From contig NC_068985.1 of the NCBI RefSeq assembly GCF_001194135.2, positions 55,142,670 through 55,206,669 of the forward strand: a stretch of DNA of 64,000 nt, in the 5' to 3' direction. The stretch's first letter is position 1; each line of letters begins with the position of its first letter. The notes beneath the pieces are model-generated. The model did no database searches, was not told the DNA's origin, and worked only from the letters and a program-made list of their open reading frames with translations. Both the position numbers and the translations under genes were made by a program. Origin of the DNA: Octopus bimaculoides. Lineage: Eukaryota. This document shows positions 38,824-51,562 of this stretch, in pieces.

Positions 38824-39043
38824 TCCTTTAGCATTTAAACAGATCATATTTGGCCCAAATATTCAGTCTGTTTTATGCTCAAACCAGCTAGAGCTGGTTT
38901 CTCACACTTACTCTACAATGTCATTCTAAAAATAAACGATCACATCATTGAAATCTAGAAGCTATGAGATAATGTATGATTAATTCAGAACAATGTGAAT
39001 ATATAAGCATTACATTTCACAAATTAATATGAAAGCTAAAGAG
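38824..39043. mobile_element. piggyBac-type MITE (family E)
   Basis: ttaa-tcctttagcatt ... aaagctaaagag-ttga. Confidence 0.65.
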
Positions 39044-40407
39044 TTGAACAGCAGAAAATGAAGTCATAACATGTGTATTTAGTAAATAAACCACAGCATT
39101 CAATACTTTATATTTATCATTTGTTTGTATTTTTCACATTTTAAAAATATAATTTCACCCATTTTCTTTTTGCACACCCAGCTACATGTAACAGCTCCCC
39201 AGTGTTCCATGATACATGGTTAGCCCATTTGTATTTTTTCTTTTGTTGTTCTTTCTTCTTTAAAGATACTCTGGTAATTTAACTTTTTATTGAGTTCAAC
39301 CACTTGGCAGTGGCCATGCTGGGACATTGCCATGAAATAAATACTACAAAATGATGTATGTATGTATGTACTTGTGTATCTGTTGAAGATTGGCATGTAT
39401 GTATGTGTGTGTGTGTGTGTGTGTGTGTGGAAGGTGAATCATTGCATATGTATGTGTATGTGCAATGTATGTACGTAAAAGAGGCGAACAAATTGTTGTA
39501 TGTGTATAGAATGAAGAGATCAGTTGCGTGTATTTATCCATGTATTTGTACAAGGGTAAAGTGAATTGGTGCACGTGTGTGTGTGTGTGTGTGTGGAAGG
39601 GGTAACTCAGCAAACCTTGAGAAGTCTGTTGCTTTAGAGATATGTGGTGTTTGATTTGTTAACATTGTAGAAATTCATGAATATTTGGATTGCTATCTGT
39701 GGGGAGGTCACATTCAAGGAAACTAGAAGCTGCTCAAATAAAAATAACTTTTTTGTTGTGTTTCTTGTTGTTGTTGCTATGATTATCATCTTTATCTTCC
39801 TCTTCCTTATCATCATCATCATCGGTAACTTCCTATGTCTGTTTCCTTCATGCTGACATGGTCAAGGTATAAGAATCGTTATATCGACTATGAGTAAAGT
39901 TGAGACTCACATAGCTAAGGACAAACTGTTAGTTTTGGATCAACTGTACCATGCAGGAATCACTCTGAGACAAATGTTTCCTTTGTTTGAAGTAGAGGAA
40001 TGTAACAATACTGTTTGTTCTGCAGTGTAACTCTTACAATAATTTAACTATGTGGTTGTGGGTGCAACTCCATTGTACACTACCTTGAGCAAGTCTCTAC
40101 TACTGTAGCTTTAGGTCAATTAGAATGAAATTTTGTAGATGGCAACCGCATGGAAACCTATCAGATGTGTATCATGACCGTCATCATTTGATGTCTATCT
40201 TCCATGCTGGTTTGAGTCAGATGGTTTGACTGGATTCATTGAGCCAGAGAACTGCATCAAGCTACAGTATCAGCTTCAGCATGGTTTCTAAACCTGGTTC
40301 CCCTTCCTAAAGCCGTAAGTGTATGTGTCTGTGTTCTAAAAAAAGTTTTAACTACAAAATGTTGTCTGCTGTAAACTACACAGCTGCACACTAAAGCAAC
40401 ATAACAA

Positions 40408-40475
<68 letters not shown>

Positions 40476-40984
40476 CAGGATGGAATGGGAAAATTGTGTG
40501 CCCAACCAAAACAGCTTGTGGTGTTTCAATCCATTTCAATCACATCCCTTGACATTTAGATCTACCTTGCTTCTCTTTCTCCTTCCAGGTTGATATAATG
40601 GGTATCATTTCTGAGCTGAAGGCTGTACCCCCAGCATAGCCACAGTCTAATTAAGTGAAACCAGTAAAAGAATAATGAAATATTCAGTCGAACGAAAGAA
40701 TGCTCAGAGACTATTTATTCACTTGTTTCTTTCTTTCTTTTCATTTATATTTCCAGTCATCATGTTTCCTTCACCATGTTAACATAGCCAAACTGATGTT
40801 AGACTTAGAAACTATTACTGTAAACAACACACACATGCTCATTATACCACCAGTCTCCTTGGGCACATTGTGCAACCAATCTCTGTGTGTGTGTATGTGT
40901 GTGTGTGCGTGTTAAACACCCATCAGATAAGCTTCATATTCTGAGAATAAAACTCATCTGAAAATCACAGTTTTCTTTCCCTTA

Positions 40985-41167
40985 ATGCTACTATGTATCA
41001 TTGTTCTTTCTTTCCTTAAGTCTCTCACTTTATTTTTGTTTGCCTACCTTTCTACCAGCTTTTCTATCTGTCTATCTCCTTCTTTCCATCTTCCTAACTA
41101 CCTATTTATCTGTCAATCTGTCTTGAGCTTTGCTTATTTCCCCATCTGTCACTTCATTTATCCCCCC

Positions 41168-41203
<36 letters not shown>

Positions 41204-41218
41204 ATCTCCCTGTCTTTC

Positions 41219-41249
<31 letters not shown>

Positions 41250-41830
41250 TTATCTCCCTGTCTTTCTCTCTATCTCTCTCTCCATTTATATCTCTGTGTC
41301 TTTCTCTGTCTCTCTCTCTGTCTATCTCTGTCTGTCTAACACTCAGTCTGTCTATCTGTCTTTGTCCATCTGTCTCCTTCTCTCTCTCTCATATACTTCT
41401 ACCTTTCACTAAATACACTCACAAAATCTCTCCCATTTCTCAACAGGTCTTACACTCTCTCCTCCCCCTCCTCTCCTCCTCACCTCCCCTCCTCTCCTCA
41501 TCTCCTCCCCTCCCCCTCCTCCCCCAGCGTTTAATCCCCACCCCTCCTACTTTTCTGCAAAACTCTCCCTTCCTCCATTTTCTCTATTTAATGTCACTTC
41601 ATTATTTACCTCAATTCTCCTCCAATATTTTCTTTTCATGTAACAAACACTTCTTTACATCAGTCATCTTTTCCTTCCTCCCTCGTGAAGTATCATTCTC
41701 TTCTCATTTCCCTCTCTCTCTTCTCTTATCTCTCACCCACAGATTGACTAATCTTTCTTCTTCCATGACCCCCCCCCCATCTCTCTTTCCTTCTCCCCAC
41801 TGCTCTCTCTCTCTCTCTCCACAACTTTAT
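40985..41830. repeat. ~850-bp polypyrimidine (CT)-rich tract
   Basis: (CT)n with internal duplications of tttatctccctgtctttctctctatct. Confidence 0.9.
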
Positions 41831-42289
41831 AATAATGACACATATGTAGTTCATAGGTTTCACCGTTAAGTAGCCATACCCTCCCTATTCAAAAACTTAC
41901 ATGTTTATAATGTAACAAATGTATTTTCCCATTCTTTTTCAGAATCAAAGAGCCTTCATTTAACTTGGGGTTATTTTTATATTCTGAAAGTCAGAACTGT
42001 AAAAGACTAAAAACCACTCTGATTTTCATTTTGTTCATATTTTAAGTATTCTGCCACCCCCAACCACCACCACCATTGTGGTGATTAATGAATCAGCCAC
42101 TCTAGATACTACTACTACTGCTACTACCACCACATGCCAACAGATTCATTGTCTAATCTTTGTACCAAGTTAATTTACACTAGGGTCATGTTTACATCTG
42201 CCCTTGAGATCATTAACACACAAGTCTTTATGTCACAGTTGCAGTGGTTTGGGTACAACTAAATAATTCACCATCATCATCATCAGGGT

Positions 42290-42579
42290 CAGCATTAATT
42301 GTCATAACATCCACTTTTCCATGCTTGCATAGGTTGGATGGAAATTATTGAGGCTGACTTTCTACAGTCATATGAACTTGCTGTCGCTAACCCTTGCTTG
42401 TTTTCAAGCAAGGTTAGAATTAGGGTTTCCCCTCATTGCCAGACAGGTTTTTGCTGAATATTGGAAATGAATGACACCACCTGTATGACAGAGTCACTCA
42501 TTTACTAACCATCACTTGATGTCAAGACAAGGAGATGCCAAGGGGTACACACACACACACATTTATAAACATGTGTTTG

Positions 42580-42618
<39 letters not shown>

Positions 42619-43010
42619 NNNNNNNNNNTATATATATATATATATATATATATACATACATACACACACACACATATTGCAATGGGCCATGTAAAAAGTA
42701 CTCCACTCTGTAAAGTTGTTGGCATTAGGAAGGGCATCCAGCTGTAAACAGCATGCCAAAACAAATGAGTCTAGTGCAGTCTTCTGGCTTACCAGATCCT
42801 ACCAAACTGTCCATGCCAGCATGGAAAACAAACATTAAATGATGATGATGATGTTGGGCTTCTTTCAGTTTCTAGCTACCAAATCCACTTTCGAGGCTTT
42901 GGTCAATCTGGGACTGTAGTGGAAGGTGCTTGCCCAAGGTGCCATTCAGTGACACTGGACCCAAAACAAATAGTTGGGAAGCAAAGTTTTTAAGCACACA
43001 ACCTTGCATG
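42290..43010. mobile_element. Nested cluster: SINE tail C (-), RTE 3' end (+, 42665-42850), SINE head A (-)
   Basis: Each part matches other copies in the window; the RTE tail separates the tail and head of a minus-strand SINE. Confidence 0.7.
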
Positions 43011-43534
43011 CACCTATTGTCATGCTTACTTCTGCTTTGGAAAGAAATATTGATGGAGATTTGGAGATGATAAGGAGTCAGGAAGATTAATTAGCAGGCC
43101 TTGCTGGTTGTTACTAAACACCCACTGTTGGAGGACTCCAAAACAAGGTCAATGTTCACATAACAGCTGATAAGAGAGAATGTCCTGTCCATGAACTGTA
43201 AGTAAATGATTATGGACTCATTTCAGCCTGGACTTACTTTCTCTCTCTTCTTATCAAAGTTGGTTGAGTCAAGGTAAAAAATCGTTATAATAATGAAATC
43301 ATTGTTATAATAATGAAAAGCAAAAGAAAAAAAAAGTAAAATGCAAAAGGAAAATTTAGTTACTGGTGTGAATAGAAAATAGAGTTCAACCACATGTTTG
43401 GCAGTATCTAGTATGGTGCCTCACAATTCAGAATTCTTGTACCATCTTTAAATTCTTCAGAGCTGGTACAATGCAAACTGAGAGAAATGTTGGACTATAT
43501 AGTAGTCTAACAGTCATCTTCTTGTTGTTCATTG

Positions 43535-44145
43535 TCATCATCATCATCATTTTAACATTCACTTTCCCATGCTTGTATATGAGTCAAAGGAAGTTTATAG
43601 AGGCAGATTTTCTATGGTCTGATGCTTCTCTTGTTGACAACCCTCTCATATTTCCAAGCAGGTCTTTTGGATTTTAAGAGAACAATGGCCAGATATGTTT
43701 TCACAAAAGATTACAAACTAGTGACACTACTTGCTTCAGAGTCTCGTTTGTTGGCAACTAGCATGCAATGTCAAAACAAGGACACACATGCACACACACA
43801 CACACACACATGTATATATAAAGCACAGGCTGCCCAACTGTTTGCTTTAGGTTCAATCTCACTGAATGGCATCCACTATAGCCCCAAAATGACCAAAGCC
43901 TTGAGAGTGGATTTGGTAGATAGAAACTGCAGGAAGCCTGTCATATATGTATATATATATATATACATGAGTTTATAAATGTGTGTATGTGTTATCTGTG
44001 TTAGTTTCCATGTACCAAATCCACTCACACAGCTTTTGTCAGCCCTGGGTTAAAGTAGAGGACACTTAGCCAAAGTGCTTCACAGTAGGACTGAGGCCCA
44101 AGCAATTTAGTTGGGAAGTAACCTTCTTAAGCCCAGTCATGCCTA
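43535..44145. mobile_element. Cluster: SINE tail C (-), head A (+), head A (-)
   Basis: Matches to the in-window consensus. Confidence 0.65.
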
Positions 44146-44964
44146 CATGTATAATATAGTATAGAAATAGTGTTGCTTGTCTTTCTTTTGAAATCCATCT
44201 GTAAGTTAGCTCATGGAAAGCCTAGTACTTCTGAAAAAAGAAAAAGAAAAAATCTCCCTGCAAAAATAGCAATCAGTCTTCAATATTTCCATTTTTCTCT
44301 CCATCTGATATCCTGTTTCCAAACTAATTTCTATTTCTTTATTCCCTTGGGTTTAATCCCTTTAGCTTTTCTCTTGCATTCTCTTTGAATAGTTTTAATT
44401 GTTATTTGCTTGCTGTACAAAACTTGTGATTATTGATTTTTAATCAGCCATCTACTGTTGGATAATTTCTTTTTTTTTTTCCAAAAATATATTTGCTATA
44501 CATACCATGACATTTGATATAAACACACACAGCAAATAAATAAAAATATTTTGCCTTTCTTTTAATATCTCTAATAATTAGCATATATCATAAAATGTTA
44601 GCTTTCATTTCCCTCCCCTCCTTATTTTTAAAGCATTAAAGTATCTTCTTGTTGTCATGGAGATAGTGATTTTTATCTTGGAAAGATAACTCATGACCAA
44701 TGGATATATTAAATTATCAATATTTTATTCCACCAGCACTTATCTGTTTGCAGCTTGCTTGTTATACAAGAAAAGCTTGTTCACATTTTAGCATCATTTT
44801 CCAACATACATCTACAGATGCAATGTTTGGACACCATCATCAGTGTTGTATTTTGGAGTCACTGGCTGTTTCAGATCTTGCAACATACACATTCATCCAG
44901 GCAACCTGACCTAGGTTGTTGCAACCTAGGCTTGTATCTAAGTGGTATTCTGCTGACCCCACCA

Positions 44965-45275
44965 ATCACTCTTTCAAGCCAAGCCCATTTGGATGCTTTC
45001 TCTGCAACTCCTACATTGCTCTTGTTGTCTCTTCTCTTAGCTCCTGAAATGTCCAGAGTTCCATATGCCTTACTCAGACTACAATCTGAAAACCCTCAGT
45101 AACCAGCAGCCTCCACTGGTAACCACCTTGTTCTTCACTCATTCTTGCAATAATCCTCCACCAATTCCTCATACTTGATTCTTATTCTCACTTGAACCAC
45201 CTCCATCCTCTCCACCCGGGGTACAGTTTATTCCAGTAAGTGCTTTGTTACCTAGAAACCAAGATGGTATCGGGT
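44965..45275 (-). mobile_element. HERO-like RLE non-LTR retrotransposon C-terminal fragment
   Basis: PDTILVS / LLE*TVPRVERMEVVQVRIRIKYEELVEDYCKNE*RTRWLPVEAAGY*GFSDCSLSKAYGTLDISGAKRR...AEKASKWAWLER; compare the recalled ELTVPWE...KY.ELVE...PVEVGCRGF...AEKASRWLW. Confidence 0.75.
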
Positions 45276-45394
45276 ATCAGTAACCATACTATTTTATTAT
45301 TTGATTATTAGCATTGTAATAATACCAGTGAGTAATGCTGTGTCTGTTAAGTGGATTTTCTTGCTCCCCTCTCCCCTCTCTCTCTCAATATATG

Positions 45395-45445
<51 letters not shown>

Positions 45446-46168
45446 NNNNNNNNNNNNNNNNNNNNNNNNNNNNNNNNNNNNNNNNNNNNNNNNNNNNNNN
45501 NNNNNNNNNNNNNNNNNNNNNNNNNNNNNNNNNNNNNNNNNNNNNNNNNNNNNNNNNNNNNNNNNNNNNNNNNNNNNNNNNNNNNNNNNNNNNNNNNNNN
45601 NNNNNNNNNNNNNNNNNNNNNNNNNNNNNNNNNNNNNNNNNNNNNNNNNNNNNNNNNNNNNNNNNNNNNNNNNNNNNNNNNNNNNNNNNNNNNNNNNNNN
45701 NNNNNNNNNNNNNNNNNNNNNNNNNNNNNNNNNNNNNNNNNNNNNNNNNNNNNNNNNNNNNNNNNNNNNNNNNNNNNNNNNNNNNNNNNNNNNNNNNNNN
45801 NNNNNNNNNNNNNNNNNNNNNNNNNNNNNNNNNNNNNNNNNNNNNNNNNNNNNNNNNNNNNNNNNNNNNNNNNNNNNNNNNNNNNNNNNNNNNNNNNNNN
45901 NNNNNNNNNNNNNNNNNNNNNNNNNNNNNNNNNNNNNNNNNNNNNNNNNNNNNNNNNNNNNNNNNNNNNNNNNNNNNNNNNNNNNNNNNNNNNNNNNNNN
46001 NNNNNNNNNNNNNNNNNNNNNNNNNNNNNNNNNNNNNNNNNNNNNNNNNNNNNNNNNNNNNNNNNNNNNNNNNNNNNNNNNNNNNNNNNNNNNNNNNNNN
46101 NNNNNNNNNNNNNNNNNNNNNNNNNNNNNNNNNNNNNNNNNNNNNNNNNNNNNNNNNNNNNNNNNNNN
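45446..46168. other. Assembly gap (N-run)
   Basis: Other gaps: 23-223, 8197-8224, 18053-18209, 26984-27167, 32100-32199, 42619-42628, 51431-51530. Confidence 1.
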
Positions 46169-46294
46169 CATACACATATATATATATATATATACATACA
46201 CACATATATATATATATATATACATACACACACATATATATATATATATACATACACGCACACATATATATATACACACACACATATATATATA

Positions 46295-46352
<58 letters not shown>

Positions 46353-46396
46353 TATATGTATATATACACACACATATACATGTATTTCCTTTTATG

Positions 46397-47284
46397 CTCA
46401 GAGTAAAAGTTAGACTGTATGATGCAAACAGCCATGCTACATGGCAGTGAAATATGGGCCGTGACTGCTGAGGACATGCGTAAGCTTGTAAGGAATGAAG
46501 TTAGTATGTTCTGCTGGATGTGTAATGCCCGTGCGCATACACGACAGAGTGTAAGTACCCTGAGAGAAAAGTTGGACTTAAGAAGCATCAGATGTGGTGT
46601 GCAAGAGAGATGACTGCATTGGTATGGTCATGTGTTACGAATGGATGAGGACAGCTGTGTGAAAAAGCATCATACCCTAGCAGTAGAGAGAACCTGTGGA
46701 AGAGGTAGACCCAGGAAGATCTGGAATGAGGTGGTGAAGCATGACCTTTGAACATTAACATTGGGCCTCCCTGAGACAATAAGTGACTGAGATCTTTGCA
46801 GATATGCTGTGCTTGAGATGACCTGGCAAGCCAAGTGACACCATAACTGTGACCTATGCCAGTGCAGCATAACCAGCCCATTTAAGAGTACCCTTCAATC
46901 ATTGGGCAATGAACTATGCTTGTGAAGACCTGTTGAGGCAAGTGAAATCGCTGTCATGACCAATGAGAGTACCGCCTGATTGGCATCCTTGCCAGTGGCA
47001 GATTAAAAACAACATTCGAGCGTGATCATTGCCAGTGCCACCTGACTGGCTCCTGTGCTGGTGGCATGTAAAAAGCATCATTTGAGTGTGGTCGATGCCA
47101 GTACCGCCCGACTGGCCCTTGTGCCGGTGGCAAGTAAAAATCACCCACTACACTCTTGGAGTGGTTGGTGTTACGAAGGGCATCCAACTGTAGAAACTCT
47201 GCCAGATCAGATTGGAGCCTGGTGCAACCTTTTGGCTCACCAGCCCTCAGTTAAACCATCCAACCCATGCCAGCATGGAAAGCG
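46397..47284 (+). mobile_element. RTE-clade LINE 3' fragment (ORF C-terminus + 3' UTR)
   Basis: [14 protein letters not shown]...[35 protein letters not shown]...GRGRPRKIWNEVVKHDL, then the repeat-bearing UTR. Confidence 0.9.
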
Positions 47285-47289
47285 TACCT

Positions 47290-47736
47290 ATTGAGTCAAG
47301 TACATCAACATCAAAATCAAATCAAATGGAAATTGTAGCTGTGGTCCCTGTGCCAGTGGCACGTAGAAAGCACTGTCCAAACATAGTCATTGCCAGCCCC
47401 CTTGCCCTGACCAGCTCCTGTGCCGGTGGCACGTAAAAAGCACCATCTGATCATGGCCGATGCCAATGCTGCTTTGACTAGCTCCCATGCCAGTGGCACA
47501 TAAAAAGCACCATCCGATTGTGGTCGATGCCAGCCCCTTCTGGCCCTAGAGCCGGTGGCATGTAAAAAAAGCACCCACTACATTCTCGGAGTGGTTGGTG
47601 TTAGGAAGGGCATCCAGCTGTAGAAACACTTCCAGTTCAGACTGGAGCCTGGGCAGTCTCCTGGCTTCCCAGACTCCAGTCAAGCTGTCCAACCCATGGC
47701 AGTATGGAAAACAGACATTAAACGATGATGATGATG
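47290..47736 (+). mobile_element. Second RTE 3' UTR with (GAT)n tail
   Basis: Tandem gccggtggcacgtaaaaagcacc units, then gttggtgttaggaagggcatccagctgtagaaac...aaacgatgatgat. Confidence 0.85.
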
Positions 47737-47762
47737 TTGTATATATATATATATATATATAT

Positions 47763-48167
47763 AGGCACAGGAGTGGCTGTGTGGTAAGTAGCTTGCTTAC
47801 CAACCACATGGTTCCAGGTTCAGTCCCACTGCGTGGCATCTTGGGCAAGTGTCTTCTACTATAGCCTCGGGCCGACCAAAGCCTTGTGAGTGGATTTGGT
47901 AGACGGAAACTGAAAGAAGCCCGTCATATATATATATATATGTATGTATGTGTATTTATGTGTCTGTCTTTGTCCCCCGCCACTATCGCTTGACAACCGA
48001 TGCTGGTGTGTTTACGTCCCCGTAACCTAGTGGTTCGGCAAAAAGAGACCAATAGAATAAGTACTAGGCTCACAAAGAATAAGTCCTGGGGTCGATTTGC
48101 TCGACTAAAAGGTGGTGCTCCAGCATGGCTGCAGTCTAATGACTAAAACAAGTAAAAGAGTAAAAGA

Positions 48168-48169
<2 letters not shown>
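47763..48169 (+). mobile_element. Young SINE head A + linker + tail B
   Basis: CpGs retained; about 7 differences in ~155 nt of head versus the inverted copy at 61882-62276. Confidence 0.9.
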
Positions 48170-48200
<31 letters not shown>

Positions 48201-49689
48201 CACACACACACACATGTATACATACATAGAGAGAGAGAACTCTATTAATGAGGATCAATTAAGATCAGAGCAGAGCCATTAACCACATTAATGGCTATAT
48301 GGTAAAATGTAAATCTACCGGTAAACAATCCAGGAAGTCCACTGGTGCTTGGTAATCCACAACTCCAAGAATATCGAAAGTAGAAGAGAACATTAGCGTG
48401 ATATATAATAATAATAATAAAAACAAAGGAATGGATTATATGGTATCACTACAATCATTTCATTAAGCACTTTTATTGCATTGTAACATTATACAGGCAG
48501 GTTTGTATGAAGTGCAATATCCATAAGATACTGCAAAATAAAACAGAGAACCTCTCAAATTCTTCAGGCTGTACTGTGATGCATAAGAGCAAACATCAAC
48601 ATGCTGAACAGTGTAGCTCAATGACGTGCTGATGAAATCGAGGAAACCAACAGTCCAAAAGTGGAAAGAGGTTGAAAAGTGACAAACCAATTAGAAGCGT
48701 GGGTAATTCAGTTAGGTTGTCAGAGCAAGTAGACATTAAAAAAGGGAGACGGAATTGTTGACCAAATATTATTGATTAGAATATTAAAAACATAGGCAAA
48801 GAAAAGAGAAAAGGTAAGCAGCAATTCCTATCTTAAACTTACATTGACTGTGGTGACATCCTCGCAGAGTGAGTGTATATATTGTCTATTTTCAGTGGCG
48901 CCAAATAGAAGTTTTACTTAGTTCTTTGAAACATGCCATGGATGGTATTTACAAAGAGATTATCTATGCAATTTTATTTGTTTGCCTTATTAGCTTAGTT
49001 AAAGGTATGTCAAGTGGGTATACAGGCTGCACTATCTACTTTAAATAAATTGTTTAAATAACTTTAATAGTTATGGATGTAGCCAGCATAATGGAACAGC
49101 ATTGCCAAAGATAATACACAAGTGTTAATTAAGAGACATATTGTTAATTATTATGTAGAGACAGTTACTTAGTGGAGCTTTCTAAAAATACAATATAAAT
49201 TTAGCAGTAAGAGAGAGAGAGTGACTATAAAGGAAAGAAAGAAAATGAAAGGATAAATCGCAGAGATACTCATGGTGTCAATGGCACAAAGGAAAACAGT
49301 ACGATTAATTTGGGCAAGATCAAACCAACATACATATTAGACATAGATAAGTAGTTATAAGCATAATCTGTATCCAATTAATAGAGTTTTAAAATCATGC
49401 TAGCTGTAGTACTAGAAATTTAAAATTACATCTTTTAAATGGTAATTCCATAGCTATGAACTAAGACTATCATAATTAATAAAAAAAAAGGAAAACAGAA
49501 CCAGTGCTAGATTCAAGGACTTTCCAATCTCTGGTTCCATGCTTCAGTTCTGTCATAACGTTGTGAGAGGACTTGCTTACAATTTTGGTTGTTAATTTTA
49601 CATTTTTACACGTTAACATGCTGCTGCTGCAGCTGTTGTTGCTTCTTGCTTGATAGGATTGGGGGTCATCCCAGATTTGTGGTCCCAGA

Positions 49690-49805
49690 GGTGTCATTGT
49701 ACATAGAGCTGATCAGGTCGAGCCTCTCGAGATCTTGCTTAATCATGTCTAGCCATATAGACAAATGCCTGTTGAAGTATACAGCCAAATTTTCTTCTTG
49801 TCCCT
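49690..49805 (-). mobile_element. Possible old LINE ORF C-terminal remnant
   Basis: HLSIWLDMIKQDLERLDL resembles the W.D.IK.DL end of RTE/L2 ORFs. Confidence 0.35.
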
Positions 49806-49971
49806 AACTCTTACTGGATGATTTGTTAATGGGATGTCAGCAAACATCACCATTTTTCCTTAATGCTTTTCAAATACACATAGACTCACACAGGCATATA
49901 TATTTATTCAAGGAAAAGATTGACAGTGATTTTGAAGTTTCAGCTTGCTCAGCTTCATCAGTGTCTAGTAA

Positions 49972-50348
49972 ACCAATCGTGAAAGCGAAATCGTGATGGC
50001 ACCTGTGCCAGCGTCGTCTTCCTGGCACTTGTGCCGGTGGCACGTGTAAAGACATTCGAGCGAGATCGTTGCCAGTGCCGCTAGACTAGCTCCTGTGCAG
50101 GTGGCACGTAAAATACGCCATTTTGAGTGTGGCCGTTGCCAGTACCGCCTGACTGGCCTTTGTGCCGGTGGCACGTAAAAGCACCCACTACACTCTCTGA
50201 GTGGTTGGCGTTAGGAAGGGCATCCAGCTGTAGAAACTTTGCCAAATCAGATTGGAGCCTGGTGTAGCCATCTGGTTTCACCAGTCCGCAGTCAAATTGT
50301 CCAACCCATACTAGCATGGAAAGCGGACGTTAAACGATGATGATGATG
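49972..50348 (+). mobile_element. Young RTE 3' UTR with (GAT)n tail
   Basis: Near-identical 3' end to 2130-2290. Confidence 0.9.
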
Positions 50349-51386
50349 ACTGTCAACCATTTTCTTTGAAAAAGGTAATTAATATGCACTGTACTAAAAA
50401 ATATTGAATGACTCTTCAGTTTACTGTTAAATTGTTTTTATATATAATTTGATGTAAAATCAAACATTCATATATATATATAAACATTTATATGCACACA
50501 CATTTATGTTGAATGAGAGAAGAGTTCTCTCTTTTTTCATCTATCTATCTATTTATCTACCTACCTATCTATCTATCTATCTATCATTTAAACAGACTTC
50601 CATACAGCTTCCATTTATCAATTTTACTCAGAAGATATTAGTTGGCCCAAGGTGCCATGTTTTGAAATAGAGGTCAAGACCACATGATAACAAAGTGAAA
50701 ACTGTGTCCACACAGTCATGCCTGTACCTAGCCATGTGTAGCTATAAAACCACAGGATTTGAAATGTTCGTGTGTGAGGAGAGGGCAGACTTAAACCATA
50801 GTCAAACAACCATCCAATTTAAAGTGGTGGTTGGGGATGGGGAATGGAAGATTTTGCTTAGAAGCTAATCAAATAGCCATGTAATTTAGTGGGGGAAAAA
50901 GATTAAGTTCTTATCAGGTTAATGAACTAACTAGGCTAATTGTTCTGTCTCTTGACATATATATATATCTAAAATAAATTCTTGGATCCACTCATCCAAA
51001 AACTACTAACCTCAATTTAGCATTATCGTAACTTTGGGTGATTTCAAGTTTATCTTAATCCAAAGCCAGAGTATAGGATATCTCAGCAATCTATTAATAA
51101 CTGGAATGGATTAAGAAAGAAGCCTTACTTATCCCCCCCCCCTTTCAGGGGTCATCAGCTTTTATTATAATCTGCAATAAACCAAAAGTAGTCTAAACCA
51201 TTTTATTAATTGGTAGCTGTGATGGATTTGTTGCATTGTGCTAATCACTTATATCAGGTAACTATATTTTGAGTAAAGAAGTGTGTTTGTGTGTGCCACA
51301 GGAAAGGGAGAGAGAGTAGGGCAAGTTGAGAAATGAAAAAAATTTTTTTGAGTCAGTGTGCATAGTGAAAAACATTTGTGTCTGTG

Positions 51387-51430
<44 letters not shown>

Positions 51431-51530
51431 NNNNNNNNNNNNNNNNNNNNNNNNNNNNNNNNNNNNNNNNNNNNNNNNNNNNNNNNNNNNNNNNNNNNNN
51501 NNNNNNNNNNNNNNNNNNNNNNNNNNNNNN

Positions 51531-51562
51531 TGACGTTTCGAGCTACGCTCTTCAACAGAAAG
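51531..51562 (-). ncRNA. Minimal hammerhead-like motif, A6U core variant, cut by gap
   Basis: cttt CTGTTGA a gagc gta gctc GAAA cgTC a[gap]. Confidence 0.45.

Noticed and set aside
47763-47835. tRNA-like sequence
   Set aside because: It is a SINE head with A/B-box-like motifs, continuing into a CORE-like domain; no full cloverleaf.
48095-48169. Tail-B end agtc-taat-gact-aaaac-aag-ta-aaag (gact-gaaac in other copies) looks like a hammerhead 3' half
   Set aside because: No CUGANGA-like core or covariant equivalent upstream; more likely a LINE-recognition stem-loop.
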